Origin: Vitrella brassicaformis CCMP3155 | Lineage: Eukaryota > Protista > Chromerida | DNA: 64,000 bases | Assembly: GCA_001179505.1 (NCBI GenBank) | Contig: CDMY01000457.1 | Coordinates: forward strand, 1-64,000 | Direction: 5' to 3' | Shown: piece after piece, positions 22,306 through 35,315 of the stretch | Numbering within the stretch: position 1 is the stretch's first letter | Layout: every line of letters starts with the position of its first letter | Made by a program: the position numbers and the translations under genes | Notes under the pieces: generated by a model | Seen by the model: the letters and a program-made list of their open reading frames with translations, nothing else | What the model was told of the DNA's origin: nothing | The model's database searches: none

Positions 22306-23914
22306 TCATTCCTTGAATGCAGCAGTAGCCGCCATCCCCGCCGCACCAAAGGTCGTGGCGACCTCCCTTGGCAATGGCCTGTCGACAAAGTCCCTGATAC
22401 TCTCGAACAACGCCAGCACATCCAGGTCGTCACACGTGATGGTCAGCGACTGGTGGGGATACATATGAAGGACCTCCTCCGAAAACTCCTCGTGTGCCTC
22501 ATGCCTCAAAGAAGAAAAACAAACACAAGCGAGACGTAAAGTAGAGAGAGACATGGATTGATGTTGTCCCCTCCTGCCGCCCTAAGATGGGCCCACCTTT
22601 TCGTGACGACGTCGGCGGCATCGTACTTGGACGTCACCAGGCGGTTCTTCACCGCCCCTTCGGTGGGCAGGTTGTCAGCGTAGTAGATCTCGCCGGTGAG
22701 AGGGTCGTGCAGCCGTTCAGAGAGCCGCTTCAGGGCCGTGTCGATCTTGACCGACAGGTTGATGAAGCGGTTGGGCGTCAGGTGGGCCTTGCGCAGGTAG
22801 TCGGCCTGCGCGGGGGTCTTGGGGAATCCATCTAACACCCAGCCCTTCTTCTCGCAGTCTGGCTGGCGCAAACGCTTGAGCACCGCCTCACACACCAGGT
22901 CGTCGCGCACCGGGGTGCCCTCGTTGAGGCTGCCCTTGAGCGCGTGGCTCACCTCGCTCTCGGTGATGGTGCTGAGGTTGTGCAACACCACGGCCACATC
23001 GACGTGCACCACGCCATAGTGCTTGGCGATCTTGGCTGCCTGCGTGGACCGGCCGCTGCCGGCGTGGCCCACAATCACGATCCGCGGCGGGCGGAGGGGC
23101 GCGTTGCTGTAAGGGCGCATGCTGATGTGGGCCTGGATGCCAGCGAACACCTGATCAGGCTGGAGAGTGCCGTCCACCTGGTGCACGACAGGCTGGTAGA
23201 GGTGCAGGACGCCCATGAGGTGTCGGTAGTAGTGCTGCAGGCGGAGCTCCACGGCCTCACCCGAGTCGTCTGCAGCCGTGGAGTCGCTCACGTTCTTCTC
23301 CTGGAAGCGGCCCCTGACGATGTTCTCGGGGACGTTGAGCAGGATGAACTTGTCGGGTATGATGCGATTCAGCTGCAGTGCCTGGGCCTGCACCCGCGTC
23401 CTGGGGAAGCCGTCGAGCACCCACCCGCCCTTGACGCCCTCGAGCTCCTTCTTGACCAGGTCGACGACCACGTCGTCCGGCACTAGAGACCCGCTGGCCA
23501 CCTGCTTGGTGAAGGCCTCCTCATCCGACTCGGCAAGCGTCTTGCGCAGGAGCTCGCCGACCGCCACGTGTGTGAGGTTGTACGTGTCGGCGATGCGCTT
23601 GGCATGGGTGGAGCGGCCGGAGCCGGGCGGGCCAAGGATGATGATCTTGAGGGGCTGGGGGTCCTTGAGCGTGTCGATGAGAAACTTGAGAGGGTCCTCA
23701 GGCTGGTGCAGGATCAGCTCACGCATCAAATAGTCAAACAAATCATACACCTCCTGCACACACCACACCACAGAGACGCACAAAGACCACGCAGAAATGA
23801 GGGGAGACGACATGCACTCAGCCAGCCACATGACATCTTGGCGCTTCTTGCCTTTGTTTCGAGGTAGTCCAGCGACTCGCGAAGGAACTCCTTCCTCTCT
23901 GCACCGTACTCCAT
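22306..23914 (-). CDS. AK8: Dual-domain adenylate kinase with N-terminal docking (Dpy-30/RIIa-like) domain, AK8-like, probably flagellar; 3 exons
   Basis: YLETKEVYDLFDYLMRELILHQPEDPLKFL docking domain, then two AK domains (GPPGSGRST...GWVLDGFPRT and GHAGSGRST...GWVLDGFPKT, LID RLHDPLTGEIY). Exons 23852-23914, ~22597-23753, ~22306-22505. Confidence 0.85.
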
Positions 23915-24216
23915 CGCCTACTGTTGCTCAGATCAAGCAGCACTCAAAGCAGCCGATGTCTGCAACAGTCCTCCTGGGGGCGGTCACAAGAATCAGAAGA
24001 GAGAGGTTGATTATTCCCTGAAAAACACTATGAAGACCTTCCTCTTCTCTGCGCTCCTGGCACGACGGGATTTGCAATGTTTTTTTCAGTCGAATCGGGG
24101 CGAGCTTGTGAGCTCGCAGGGCTGGGGAGCCGCGTTTTTCTTTTTTGTTTGCCACACGCCAGATACCCGAGAGCATGGCCGCCTGAGATCTCTCACTGAA
24201 GCGTGACTATATCAGC

Positions 24217-25905
24217 ATGGCATCAGAAACACACACGCCCCGCTCCGGCGCCCAAACACCTTACCGCAGGTCTGCACACGCAGAAGCGAAGATGTGTCAC
24301 GGATTGGATGCCGCTGTGTCTTATTTGCTTGGCTGCAGAATGATGTCTGGCGGCGGTTCAGGCCAGCGTCGGATGTTCCTTGCCGAGCACACAGACGAAG
24401 CCCAGTATGCACAGATGTTCAAGCGCGGCGGCAAGACGTCGTTTGTGACGCACAATGGCAAGTACAACATCCTGCTCAAGTGGGCGTTCATGTCGCGGCT
24501 GTCGGTACTCTACTGGCGGGACCGGTTCCACAACCTGCTGGTGGTCAAGTGGTGGATGCTCGTCTGCATCCTCTTCTCCCTCTACGTCATCTGGGGCACC
24601 ATACTCGCTCTCCTCACGTTCCTCGTCACGGCCGGGCAAGTCGAGGAGTGCCTGGGCGACGTGGAGGGCTATCTCAACTACTACTGGTTCGCCATCGAGA
24701 CCATGTTTGCCGTCGGCTACGGGTCGCCCAGGATGCCCACGTGCCACGCCGCCAACTGGATGGTCACCTTCATGGCCGGCAGCGGGGCCGTCCTCAACTC
24801 GATTGTCGTCGGCATCGTCTTCAACAAGTTCAGCGACGCCACCAAGCGGCGACACTCAGTGGCCTTCTCGCACGTCCTGGTGGGGGGCGACATCGACGCG
24901 AGTGATGCAGCCATGGCTATGCAGACAGGCCTGCCGGCAGCAGGTGTGTCAGGCCTCGGTGGCGTCGGCCAGGCCACCCTCATCCCGCCTAGCACCGCCC
25001 CTCGCGCCAGCTCGATGCTGCCGAGTCTGTCAGAGATGGATGAGGAGGACGGCAGCCCCCCTCCCTCGCGCAAGAGCACACTCGAGGACAGGAAGGCCGA
25101 GTCCCCCCTCTCCCCCCGCCGCACGCTGCGGCCCAGCCAGTCGTTCCAGGTCGGCCGCAAGAAGACCCTCGGCGGCACGATCTACCCCTCAACTGGAGGG
25201 GCCACGGGGCTGGGCCGGCTGTCGGTGGCCGCGGCGGCGGGGGCGTCGCAGCCAGGCATCGCTCGCATGTCTTCGGGGCTCGGGGCGTTTGGGCAGATGC
25301 AGGGCGCCGAAAGCCCGCCCACCCAGCAGATGCGGCCGCTTGAGGTGGAAGAGAAGCAGCACTTCTCGCTGACGTTCCGCATGATGAACTTGGCGTCGTC
25401 GCCCTTCATCGACCCCTCGCTCACCATATACCTCCTCGAACACGACCCTGAAGACCTGGTGAGCCAGCCCACCATCCCACCATCTCTCCATACAAAAGAG
25501 GAACACGCACCGACATCAATGCATGCGTGTCTGTGTGTCATGGCATTCGTTGCTCAGATGATTCACCGTTTCAACCGTTTTTTCACCAACATCCCCCTGG
25601 AGTTCCTGTCGCTGCCCGTGTCGGTGACGGTGGACTCGTGCGACCCCGACTCGCCCCTGTACGGCCTCACCCCCGACGAGCTGCAGCAGCACGGGTCGGC
25701 CTTCGAGCTGGTGGTGCTGCTCAACCTCACCGACAACCTCACCAGCCGCACCGTGGAGATCCGCAAGAGCTGGAAGCTCGACAACATCCACTGGAATAGG
25801 AACTTCAAGAACATCATCCGCCGCACCGGACTGGTCGACCACGGCGCATACGAGATCGATGTCGACGACTTCCACATCACCGAGGAGGAAGACTCGTGGC
25901 TGTAG
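24217..25905 (+). CDS. Inward-rectifier (Kir/KirBac-like) potassium channel
   Basis: Slide helix YWRDRFHNLLVVKW, TM1, pore YWFAIETMFAVGYG, TM2 SIVVGIVFNKFS, AFS, cytoplasmic LTFRMMN...SPLYG..FELVVLL...EIHW-like. Introns ~24270-24338 and ~25461-25557. Confidence 0.88.
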   Translation: MASETHTPRSGAQTPYRRSAHAEAKMCHGLDAAVSYLLGCRMMSGGGSGQRRMFLAEHTDEAQYAQMFKRGGKTSFVTHNGKYNILLKWAFMSRLSVLYWRDRFHNLLVVKWWMLVCILFSLYVIWGTILALLTFLVTAGQVEECLGDVEGYLNYYWFAIETMFAVGYGSPRMPTCHAANWMVTFMAGSGAVLNSIVVGIVFNKFSDATKRRHSVAFSHVLVGGDIDASDAAMAMQTGLPAAGVSGLGGVGQATLIPPSTAPRASSMLPSLSEMDEEDGSPPPSRKSTLEDRKAESPLSPRRTLRPSQSFQVGRKKTLGGTIYPSTGGATGLGRLSVAAAAGASQPGIARMSSGLGAFGQMQGAESPPTQQMRPLEVEEKQHFSLTFRMMNLASSPFIDPSLTIYLLEHDPEDLVSQPTIPPSLHTKEEHAPTSMHACLCVMAFVAQMIHRFNRFFTNIPLEFLSLPVSVTVDSCDPDSPLYGLTPDELQQHGSAFELVVLLNLTDNLTSRTVEIRKSWKLDNIHWNRNFKNIIRRTGLVDHGAYEIDVDDFHITEEEDSWL

Positions 25906-26912
25906 GGTGTGGGGTGGAGAGAGGGGGCATGGAAGGGAGGAGAGGAGACAGGTGCAGGTAGCTGGCTGGCTTCGGTTTTGCGCCCTCGGTCTTCCTTCTT
26001 TCGGTATCTGTAGAGTGAGTGTTTTCTGCCCGTTTGTGTACATGTACGCGTCTGTCTGCACGTATTTCTTTACACGACTCCACGGCACTTTTTATCCCAC
26101 TGCGTGTGTGTGCGTCTCTTATATACATGCATGTACCATCCATTCCACTACGTATCCATGTGTACATGGGGGCCGCCCCAGACAGACCGACAGACAGGCA
26201 GGCCCCTCACTCGTTCATGTGTAGCGCTTAAATGAATATCTGTCCGTGTGTGTGTACTTGTAGGAGAGAGGAGAGAGAGCCGTCCGTCCATGTGTGTATG
26301 TGCTTTCTTCACGGTGCCTGCCTGCCTGCCTGCCTGCAATTAGCCAAGAGGCCTCTGTCTCACATCTGGGGATGACTCGGCAGACGTGAATCGTGTGTTG
26401 TCCTATCTTTGGTCTTATCTCCGTTCGCTTGCTTGGAGGAAAGGGCACCTGCAGTGTCAGCGCGGAGGCACCAGAGGCTGCCCTTGCATCCACACTGGTG
26501 AACGGCGAGAGAGCAAGACAATGCGACGACCATGCCCACCATCTCTCCATTTGTATACATGCGTTATTGATCTTGATCGCGTGGCCGAGAGGCTCGTGCC
26601 GCCGTCTACATATCCCCCTTGTGGACGTCGGTGCTTTTTGTGTGGCTCTCTGTTTGTGGGCCATGCGAGAGAGACCTGTCTATACAAACACTCATGCTAT
26701 TGCTAATTTGTGTGTCTGTCGGGTTATCTACGTCCCTTCAGCCCTAGGCTTGACGACTTGTCATGATACACATCGACCGTCCCACACACGCCACATGCAC
26801 AGCTCGTCCTTTCGCAAGACACACACACATGCACAAGACAGCCACGGCCAACAAGCCTTAAATGTCATCACTACTCCTCAAGAGACATTTCGCGCCTGCC
26901 TGCCTCCGCTAA

Positions 26913-29900
26913 CTATGACCCCTCCTTTTCCTGCTGTCCATCCTCGATGCGCTGCACGTACTCCCTGGCCTTGTTCTGCACCTCCTGCTCGCCTGCAGCT
27001 GTACCGTGACGCTTTTCGAAATCCAACCACCTGACCGACCAACCATCCATCCATGTCGCAAATGAAGCAGGGTGCCAGGCATTGGTGTTCCTTACCGCTT
27101 GAAGAAGAACTTCATCTTCTGTGGCTTGAGGCTGAGCGCCACGGCCCGCTCGAAGACCTGCCGCACGTTGTCGAGCAGGGCGGGCGTCTGCCGTGGGGGT
27201 GTGGAGGCCTTGATGTGGGCGTCCAGGTGCTGAGCCCACAGATCCAGCCGACGAGGGTAGGTCCGCAACAGACCCTCAAAGATCGTCTGACCCCTGCAGG
27301 AAATCACACATGCACATGCAGGCAACAGACAGCATTCTGAGGTTTGTCGGTGGTTGGTTGGTACCTGTCGGCGCTGGCGTGTTTGTATTCGAGAAGAGCT
27401 GCCTTTGTGATGACGGCGATGTGTTTCCTTTTGGGGAGCTGCCGCAACGCTTTGGGCAGCACCTGGCGGGCCTCTTCCGCCTTGCCCGCCACCTCATACA
27501 GATAGGTCAGATAGCGTATCCACACCTGCATGAAATCGTGGATGGGCAGACAGACAGCCCGAGGTGCGGGCAAACGACACACATGACCGGCCATGTGTCC
27601 GTACTGACCTTCTTGGCTTGTGGGAATTTGTCGCACGTCTTTTGGCAGGTGGCTTCGCACAGGTCCATCTTGTTGTTGCGCTGGTAAATGTAGCCCATCT
27701 GCAGCCATATCGCCTTGGGAGAGTTGAACTGACACGCACTGCACGAACCAACAACACAACACACCCACCGACTCGCAATGAGACGGCATAGTGCACACGT
27801 CCCTGCGTGTGTGAGAGCACACGCACCGTTTGAAGACTTGGTCGAGTTGTTGCTGCGTGCCGAATGAGCACTCCATGTTGAGGTAAGCGATCCAGACGTT
27901 CTGCCTCTCCTTGTCCTCCCTGAATGAGATGTGCTTGACGCCCCGCTCAGCCACCTCACGCGCATGCCGCAGCTCGCTCAGCTTCAACCAGTACGCCATG
28001 TACCTACACAGACAAGCGTCAATGAGTGTTGATGAGAGAATGTTTCTTTGGCGTTGGTTTGGCAACTGACTTGATCCAGACGATTGACGAGTCGCCCTTG
28101 GTGAGCAGGAGGCGCTCGAAGTCATCCGGGCTCTGGGGATTGCTCGCCCAGTCCTCCCGAAGCGCTGACTCCTCCGCCGCGCGCAATGAGGCCTCCTCGA
28201 GACGCTGAATGACACGGACACAGCACGTACAAAGGAAGGAATATGTATTCCTGCTTCTTCCGCTCGTTGGCTCTCACCTTCTTGGCTTCCTTGGCCCGTT
28301 TGCTTTTCCTCTTGACTGGCACGGCCTCCTCATGATCGCCTAACTCCTCATCCCCACTCTCTCCACTCGACTCCTCACCCGCTGCCATTGTCGACGGTTC
28401 AGGTTGGCCGCCCTCATACAGCCGCACGTCGCCAAAGTCGAAGACCTCACCCAGCAGGGCGCCAGTGTCGGACGACGCAGCGAGCAGGTCTTCTTCTGAC
28501 GGCTCTGAGGCCGCCTTTCTTTTGCGGCGTTTGGGGGGCGGGAAAGGGGCGGATGACGACACATCGTCACGGTCCTGCTTGCCAGAATCCTCCTCGTGTT
28601 CTTCTTGAGCGTCCCTAGCCCGTTTGGCGGCATTCCTCTCTGTCTTCCGTCTCTTTGCTGGCGGCAATACCTCCTCCTGGTCGTCGATCTCGTCGATGGC
28701 CTCATCGCCATTCATTTCTACCTCAGCATCAGCCGGCTCTTCCTCCTCCGCCATGTCGTCCTCGTCCATCCCCAGTCCGTCCAGCATGTCTGCATCCTCA
28801 TTGATGTCCTCTTGGTCGCCCTCGTCTGCGAAGTTTGAGGGTTTGAGGCTGACGGAGAGCCGGCGCTGGTCGGTGTTGACCTTGATGACTTTGGCCTTGA
28901 CGCGGTCTCCCACTTTGAGGGACTGCAGGGGGAGGGTGAGGTTGTTGGGCGGCGGCGGGGCGTCGCTGATCTCGCTCACGTGGCAGAAACAGTCCAGGCT
29001 GACGGAGTTGTCGATGCGGATGAACACGCCGAATGACTCCTTGCGCTTGACGCGGCCCGTGACAGTGTCACCCTCCTGATTACAGACACGGGACGTAGCA
29101 GGATGAGGTGTGTGTGTGTATATCTGTCCCTCTCTCACCTTGACGTCATCAAAGGTGAGTATCTGTTGCCCCTCCTTCAGTGTGGCCGCGTCCTTCAGCG
29201 ACAGCTCCACTCGGTCATCCTCAACTTTCTTGACCACCAGCCTCCGCAGAAGCTTGCCGACGGGGAAGAGCGACTCCACCTCACTCGGGTCGGTCGGCGT
29301 CTCCCTTAACTCGCCCAGCCTGATGCGACCGGTGAGGGCATGGCTGAGGGCCACAAACACCCCCCTGGCGTTGGACTGGCTGATGTAGCCACCAACAACC
29401 TGCCCGACTGACATGGCGGAGGGATCGAGGGGGCGGTCGGTCGTGATCTTGTCCTTCTTGCTCGCTGTCTCGGCTTTGGCTAGCAGGGAGGGGCGGAGAG
29501 AACCCTCTGACAAGACGACACGCAAGAATGGAAAGGACGCCAGGCAGTGCTTTGTGTGGGCTTCTCTCACTCTCACCGAGCACGAGTTTCGATTTCTCAT
29601 CGGCCAGTCCCAGGATGACCATGGGCACCAGCTGGCCCTCCTTGAACCCCTTCAGCGGCTTCTCGGTAAGGTGGTCATGGATCTCCGTGCAGTGCATCCG
29701 CACCCCCAGACATCCACCCAGACTCACAGCCAGCTCACCGCCGCCCTTCGTCGCATTGACCGCGGCCACCCGGCCCACCACCCTCTTGCCTGCGGGCGCA
29801 CGCCTCCTGGCATACTCTCGTTGCCCCTCCTTTGTGTCGAGGGACTCGTTGCCGCCAACGGGAATCACGCCGCTTCGCCGCCGCGTTTGGGCGATGGCGA

Positions 29901-32900
29901 GGTCCAGTGATTTCTTGGCCGAGTGCGATGCGCCGGTGGCGTGTAGCACCTCCACGGTGAGGAGTTGGCCGACGTGGAAGTGTGCCTTAATGTTCTTGAG
30001 CACAGAGAGGTGCGGCGATGCGTCAGTGATGAAGACGCGGCCCTTGACGTGGGGCGAGAGCTCCACCCACAGCCCGTCTTTGTCGATAGACATCAGCACG
30101 CCGCTGTAGTGCTCACCAACCTGCACACACACAAGACGGCATAGATGCCCACGGGCACACGAGTGTGTGAGCTGACCTTGATGTTTTTCCATGTCGGCAC
30201 GAGTGCGTCCCCCATCTCCCTGATCTTGTCAGCCGGGTCCATGGCATCCGCCACCTCAGGCCGCGTCGTGATCTCCACGACAAACACACCCTCGTCGTTG
30301 CCCTCCTCATCCACCGCACCCCCCTGCTGCCTGTGCTTGACACGCACGATGCGGCCCTCCAGCTGCCCGCTGCCCTTGAGCCCCTCCAGAGGCATCACTG
30401 CATCGGGCAAGGACGACTCGTCGTGGGGCTTGCTGGGCAGAGGGGGCGGGTCGAGCATTTGTGTGCCGTGGAGACTTATCTGCACGTTGCGGCCAGTCCG
30501 ACCGAAGGCGTGTGTGGGCTTGACGGCCTTGAGGTCGCCTTTGATGAGCGAACCGACCTGAACGAAGACACACAGAGGGACCATGGACGTTTGAGCCAGG
30601 GTTGATGTTGGCGTCTCATTCCCTCATTCACCTGGAGCTCCTCTTCCTTGTAGACACGTCCGGCGACTTTCTTCTTGCCCTTGGCCTCCTTCCGCTTGCT
30701 GCTCGGCCACTGCGCCACTCCAACCAGGCACTCCCCAGCCACTGGTAGCGTCGTTGTATCCCGAATGGCGACCTTGACGCGCGGCTTGTCGCCATCCTTC
30801 TGCGCGTGCCTCTTGACATCGTTGAGACACGGCCCTGGGGCAATGATGACGGCCTTGACGCGCCGCTCGCCCACCGATGTGTCACATGTGAGGACGGAGT
30901 AGAGGGACCTGGACAGCTGGGCTTCAGCGGAGATTGTGGTGCCCTTCAGAGCCACCAGGGCGGCGCGCACATCGTCAGCAGGGTCGCCACCAGACCGCTT
31001 CCGTTTCTTTTTGCCCTTTGGTGCCGAGGCGGCCGTCTCCACCGTCCACAGAGGCCGATCGACGAGCTCGTCCTTCAGTGAAACGTCAACAATCTTCTTG
31101 TCGATGTTAACGTCGAGAACGAAAGCAGTCACCTCCGCCCCCTCGGTCAGACGGTCGGTCCTCTTCGTGGGATAGTGTGCTTTGTGGACAATGCCGGTGA
31201 GGTCCTGGCTGTCGTTGATGGACAGGATGAGGCCGTAGGGCTTGACGCTGCTCACTGTGGCAGAAAGCAGGCCGCCGATCTTGACATGCTGCCATGCGGA
31301 TGAAGATTCATCGGCTGAGTCGAGGGCACCACTCTGCGTGAGCAGCAGCCTCTCGCCATCAAGATAGCTGCATTACAGAGCAACAGATACGTTGAAATGA
31401 CATCCTCTCGCTCATTACTTGGTGCACTCACCTGGCAAGTATCTTGGAACCCATCTCAGCCATCTTGGCATCGCGACCACCCAGCGCGGACTGCCTCAAG
31501 TCCAAGTTGATCCGCCTGCTCTGCGCCGGTGCCTTGCCGTCCCCCTTGGCAGTCTCGCCTCCCGGTTCCTGCACATCGATCACCTTGGCCCACACGGTCT
31601 GCCCCTCGCTGTAGATGTCCTCTGCATTCTCCACGAAGCGGTCAGAGAGGAAGGGCTTGAGGACCAGCCCCGCGCACCGCCAGCTGCCTAGACCGACCAC
31701 CACACCGGCCGGGCTGAATCGACGCACGTACGCTAAGCGCATCTCGTGGAGGGAGATATCCTCCAGCTGGGTCACGAACTGACCGCTGCGGGACACCTCT
31801 GGGAGACCAACACGACAGCGATGGACGGCGGGGCTGTGTTCATACGGTGTGTGTCTTGTGAGTACTGTTACCGATGAGTGATGGTTTGAGCGAGACGACG
31901 GGGGCCCGAGTCTTCTTATCGGGGGTTGGGGCGCCAGGAGAGAGCACCACGGCCGATGGGAACCGCAGTGTGTGGCCGCCGCTCGTCTCCTGACCAGCCA
32001 AGTCACGGGTATACATATTGGTGTTGCAAAGCACATCGTTTCTCTCCTACCTGAGCAATTTGGTGTATTCGGTTGTTCTGCTCGACGTCGTCTGAGAGGT
32101 GACCGGGTGGGATGTAGCCCACAACCATCACGCGAGAAGACGTGCCGTCATCAGCTGAGGTGTCCACCGCAACGAAGCTCGCATACAGGCCTTGTGGTGC
32201 CTGTGGTGTTGGCTGCGTGTCGGTTGGCTCTGTCTTGACGACGGGCAGCAGCCTGACACTGTCCACAATCTGGCCATACTCGAGCAGCTCTGCATACAGC
32301 CACGCAGAAAGGAATCAGACACCAACGGTACCGTCTTTTGCTGTCCGCCTACTTTCCACTTTGTTGCCGTCGGTGACCACAGGCAGGTCCTTCTCATCCT
32401 CGTCAGCCTCTTGCTGGCCCCTCTCCACGACATCCAAGGGGACGGGCAGCGGCCTCTCCTTCACCTTGGGCTGCAGGTCCAGAGACAGCATCAGCTGGTG
32501 CCCATCTTGGTCCACACGGGTGATGCGGGCCGTCACCAGCTGCCCTTTCTTGTGGTCGGATGCAAACGTGTCGGACAGTGCCCGTGCGGGAAGAAGCCCC
32601 CTGATGTCGGCATAGAAGTGCACGACGATGCCGAAGGACTGCACCGTGCCCACCGAGCTGGCAGAGACAGAGGGCAAGGGTATGCAGGTGTGCAGCATAA
32701 TGGTGGTGTGCTGTCTTACCCCGTGACAATTTGGTTGACGTGTGCCTGTGAGATGTCGGTGAGGGCGTTGTCGTCGCGGACCAGGGTCTTCTTGGCCGTC
32801 AGCTGCAGACGCCTGCACACACACAGAGGAGGACCACGGATGAAAGAAGCGCATCCGTCCATGTGTGTTGGCCATTACCTGTCGGCCGTGTCAAGCCTCA

Positions 32901-34656
32901 GCACCCTGAACTTGGCCTTGATGCCCGGCTTGAACCGCGACGGCACCTTTCGCAACGGCACGTCAGTCAAATGCTCATGGGGCACAATCCCTGCACGCAC
33001 CCACGGATGAAGAGATATACACAGTATCACCCTGTTAGCAGGCTGCCTTCCTGTGTGTGTGTATGATACCTTTGACGTGGTCACTGAGTTTGATGAGGAC
33101 TCCGCCGTCGAGTATTTTCTCGATGACGCCCGTGACCACCTCACCGACATGCAGCTGGTGGAAGGCCAGGTACTTCTCCTCCAGCAGAGAAAGGCGGGTG
33201 GAGATCAGGTAGCCGCCCTCAAACGCGTTGCTGCTCAGCACCCTGACGGACCAGACACACAGATGCATCGAGGGAATGCGTAGAGACGGAAATCGTGGTC
33301 GTTTGTCTGCTACGTTGTGCACCTTGCTTTGCACGTCTGTCCTATCCGGTATGCGTCTTCCACCTTCTCGATCGGTTTGTCGGACATGCGACTCAACTAC
33401 AATGATATGACACGGTTGGAGGAAGATACATAAAAGGGCGCTTCCTTCTTCCGCTCACATGGCACAGGCCCAGCATCTTCTGTCCGCCTGCTGCCGCGCC
33501 TTCATCGCCATCAGCTTCTGCAGGAGGCAGCGGAGCCGTCACACGCATGAAGTCGCGGGAAGTAATGTCCAGCTGTCACACATGCAACAAGCACAGGTGC
33601 ACAATAGACAGACAGGCTGCGGTGCGTCCTTACCACGGTGCATGTGTCCAGCTGTGTGCCGGGCGGCATGTGTGATGGCATGTGGTAGCTCTGCCACTGC
33701 TGGAGGTGAGGCAGCAGGCTCAGACGCACCACACGCTCAGAGGGGATCACGGCGATGATGCGACCAACCAACTGAAAGACAGGCAAACAAGATCGGCCGT
33801 CCGAGTCAGATTCCTTCCGCTTATCGATCACCTTCTTTTTGAGAGCAATGGATGGGGCGTCGGCCGCCAGACACGGGTGCTTGACGTGATGGGGGTGGAT
33901 TGCCCCGAGCAGGGAGCCGAGCAGCGACACCAGCAGCCCCTTCTCGGCCTCCCCGCCTTTCTTCCTGCCCTCACGTGTGGCCGCCGCAGCCAGTGATGGG
34001 CTGTCCAGGAGGGTCTTGACGCGACACTCAACCAGCAGGCCCGCCTTGACCAGCTTCAGGTCCAGATCACTCTTGCCCTGACCACAAAGACACACAAGTG
34101 CATGCATACGAGTGCTCTGGTGTGCTCACGAGTGGTTTGGCTGAGGGGATCGCTGTGCAGACGACCGTCTTAGCATCTGCACACACATACAGCAAGTGTG
34201 AGTGGTTGTCAATGGCTGGCCCTCCCTCTCGCACCTTTGTTAACGGTCTCGATGGACACGAAGAGCAGGCTGCCGATTGTCAGCTGCTCCTTGGTCAAAT
34301 GGTAGGGTCGCAGCGACGGGTCACGATGGCCGTCATCCTCCCTGTCGTTTTCTCCCTCATCCTCATTGCCCGACCCCTCCGCTGTCTCCTTCAGGGGGAT
34401 GCTGGCCTCGGGCAGGAAGGCGTGTATGTGGGGAAGGCCCAGCGAGAGCAGATAGCCGTGCTCCTGGACGGAGTGCAGAGACGCCGGCAGCCACTGAAGT
34501 GAAAAAAGAAAAACAAAATGACGATAGCAACAGTTAGTGTCGCGCCTCTGCCGATTCACTGACAGCGCACCATGTTGGGCTGGATCGTGTCAATGGTGAG
34601 GCCGGCATTGCACAAAGATGGACGAAGTGACAGATCGATGCGACGCTCCTTCTCTG

Positions 34657-34692
<36 letters not shown>

Positions 34693-35315
34693 CCACATGG
34701 GATGCCGAGTCCGTGGCGTGTCCGTCATGCAACCGCCCACCTGTCTTGAGCACAACGCACGCCACAATCTGCCCGACCCGAAACCGCTCCCCCAGCGGCG
34801 CCACGCCGACACTGCCCTCGTCTGTGTCGATGTACTCGGCCTCCATGGTGTGCTGGTGGGCCACGTAGCCCGTGAGGAAGTAGGGCAGCGACACAACCAA
34901 GTCGGTCGATGTGATCTCAGACACCACACCAAGGAGGAGAGTCCCAACCTTCAGATCCTGACACACACAGGGAAGCCGGTGGTCGTCTTCGTTCGTTCCT
35001 GGCGTGGTTGTGGTGTTGTGATGGGTGGGTACCTTGAGCCTGAGATATCTGACGTCAGGCGGCAGCGTCACGGCGTCAGGACTGGGACCGATTGGCTGAC
35101 TGTCGTCATCACCACGGGATGACTCATCGGTCACAGCTCGCCTCTTGCTGCCCGGAGGCGGAGGCACACTCTTCGCTTTGGGACGGCTCCTAGGAAAGTC
35201 CTCCTCCTTGCTGCAAGGTGACGAGAGGGAGGAGAGAAGCAAACACGCAGGTCTCGCCGCTTCGGTGTGTGCATGTAGCTGTTATAACGACCTCCACCCC
35301 TCACCTATAGTCCAT
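26913..35315 (-). CDS. RRP5: rRNA biogenesis protein RRP5 (tandem S1 domains + C-terminal HAT repeats), ~20+ exons
   Basis: N-terminal MDYS|KEEDFPR. Repeated S1 motifs (KVGTLLLGVVSEI, VGEVVTGVIEKI, GDTVTGRVKRKESFGVFIRI). HAT region YMAYWLKLSELRHAREVAERGVKHISFREDKERQNVW, TIFEGLLRTYPRRLDLW, KKMKFFFKRWLDFEK. Confidence 0.95.

Noticed and set aside
32192-33010. 272-aa plus-strand ORF
   Set aside because: Antisense shadow of RRP5 exons and introns.
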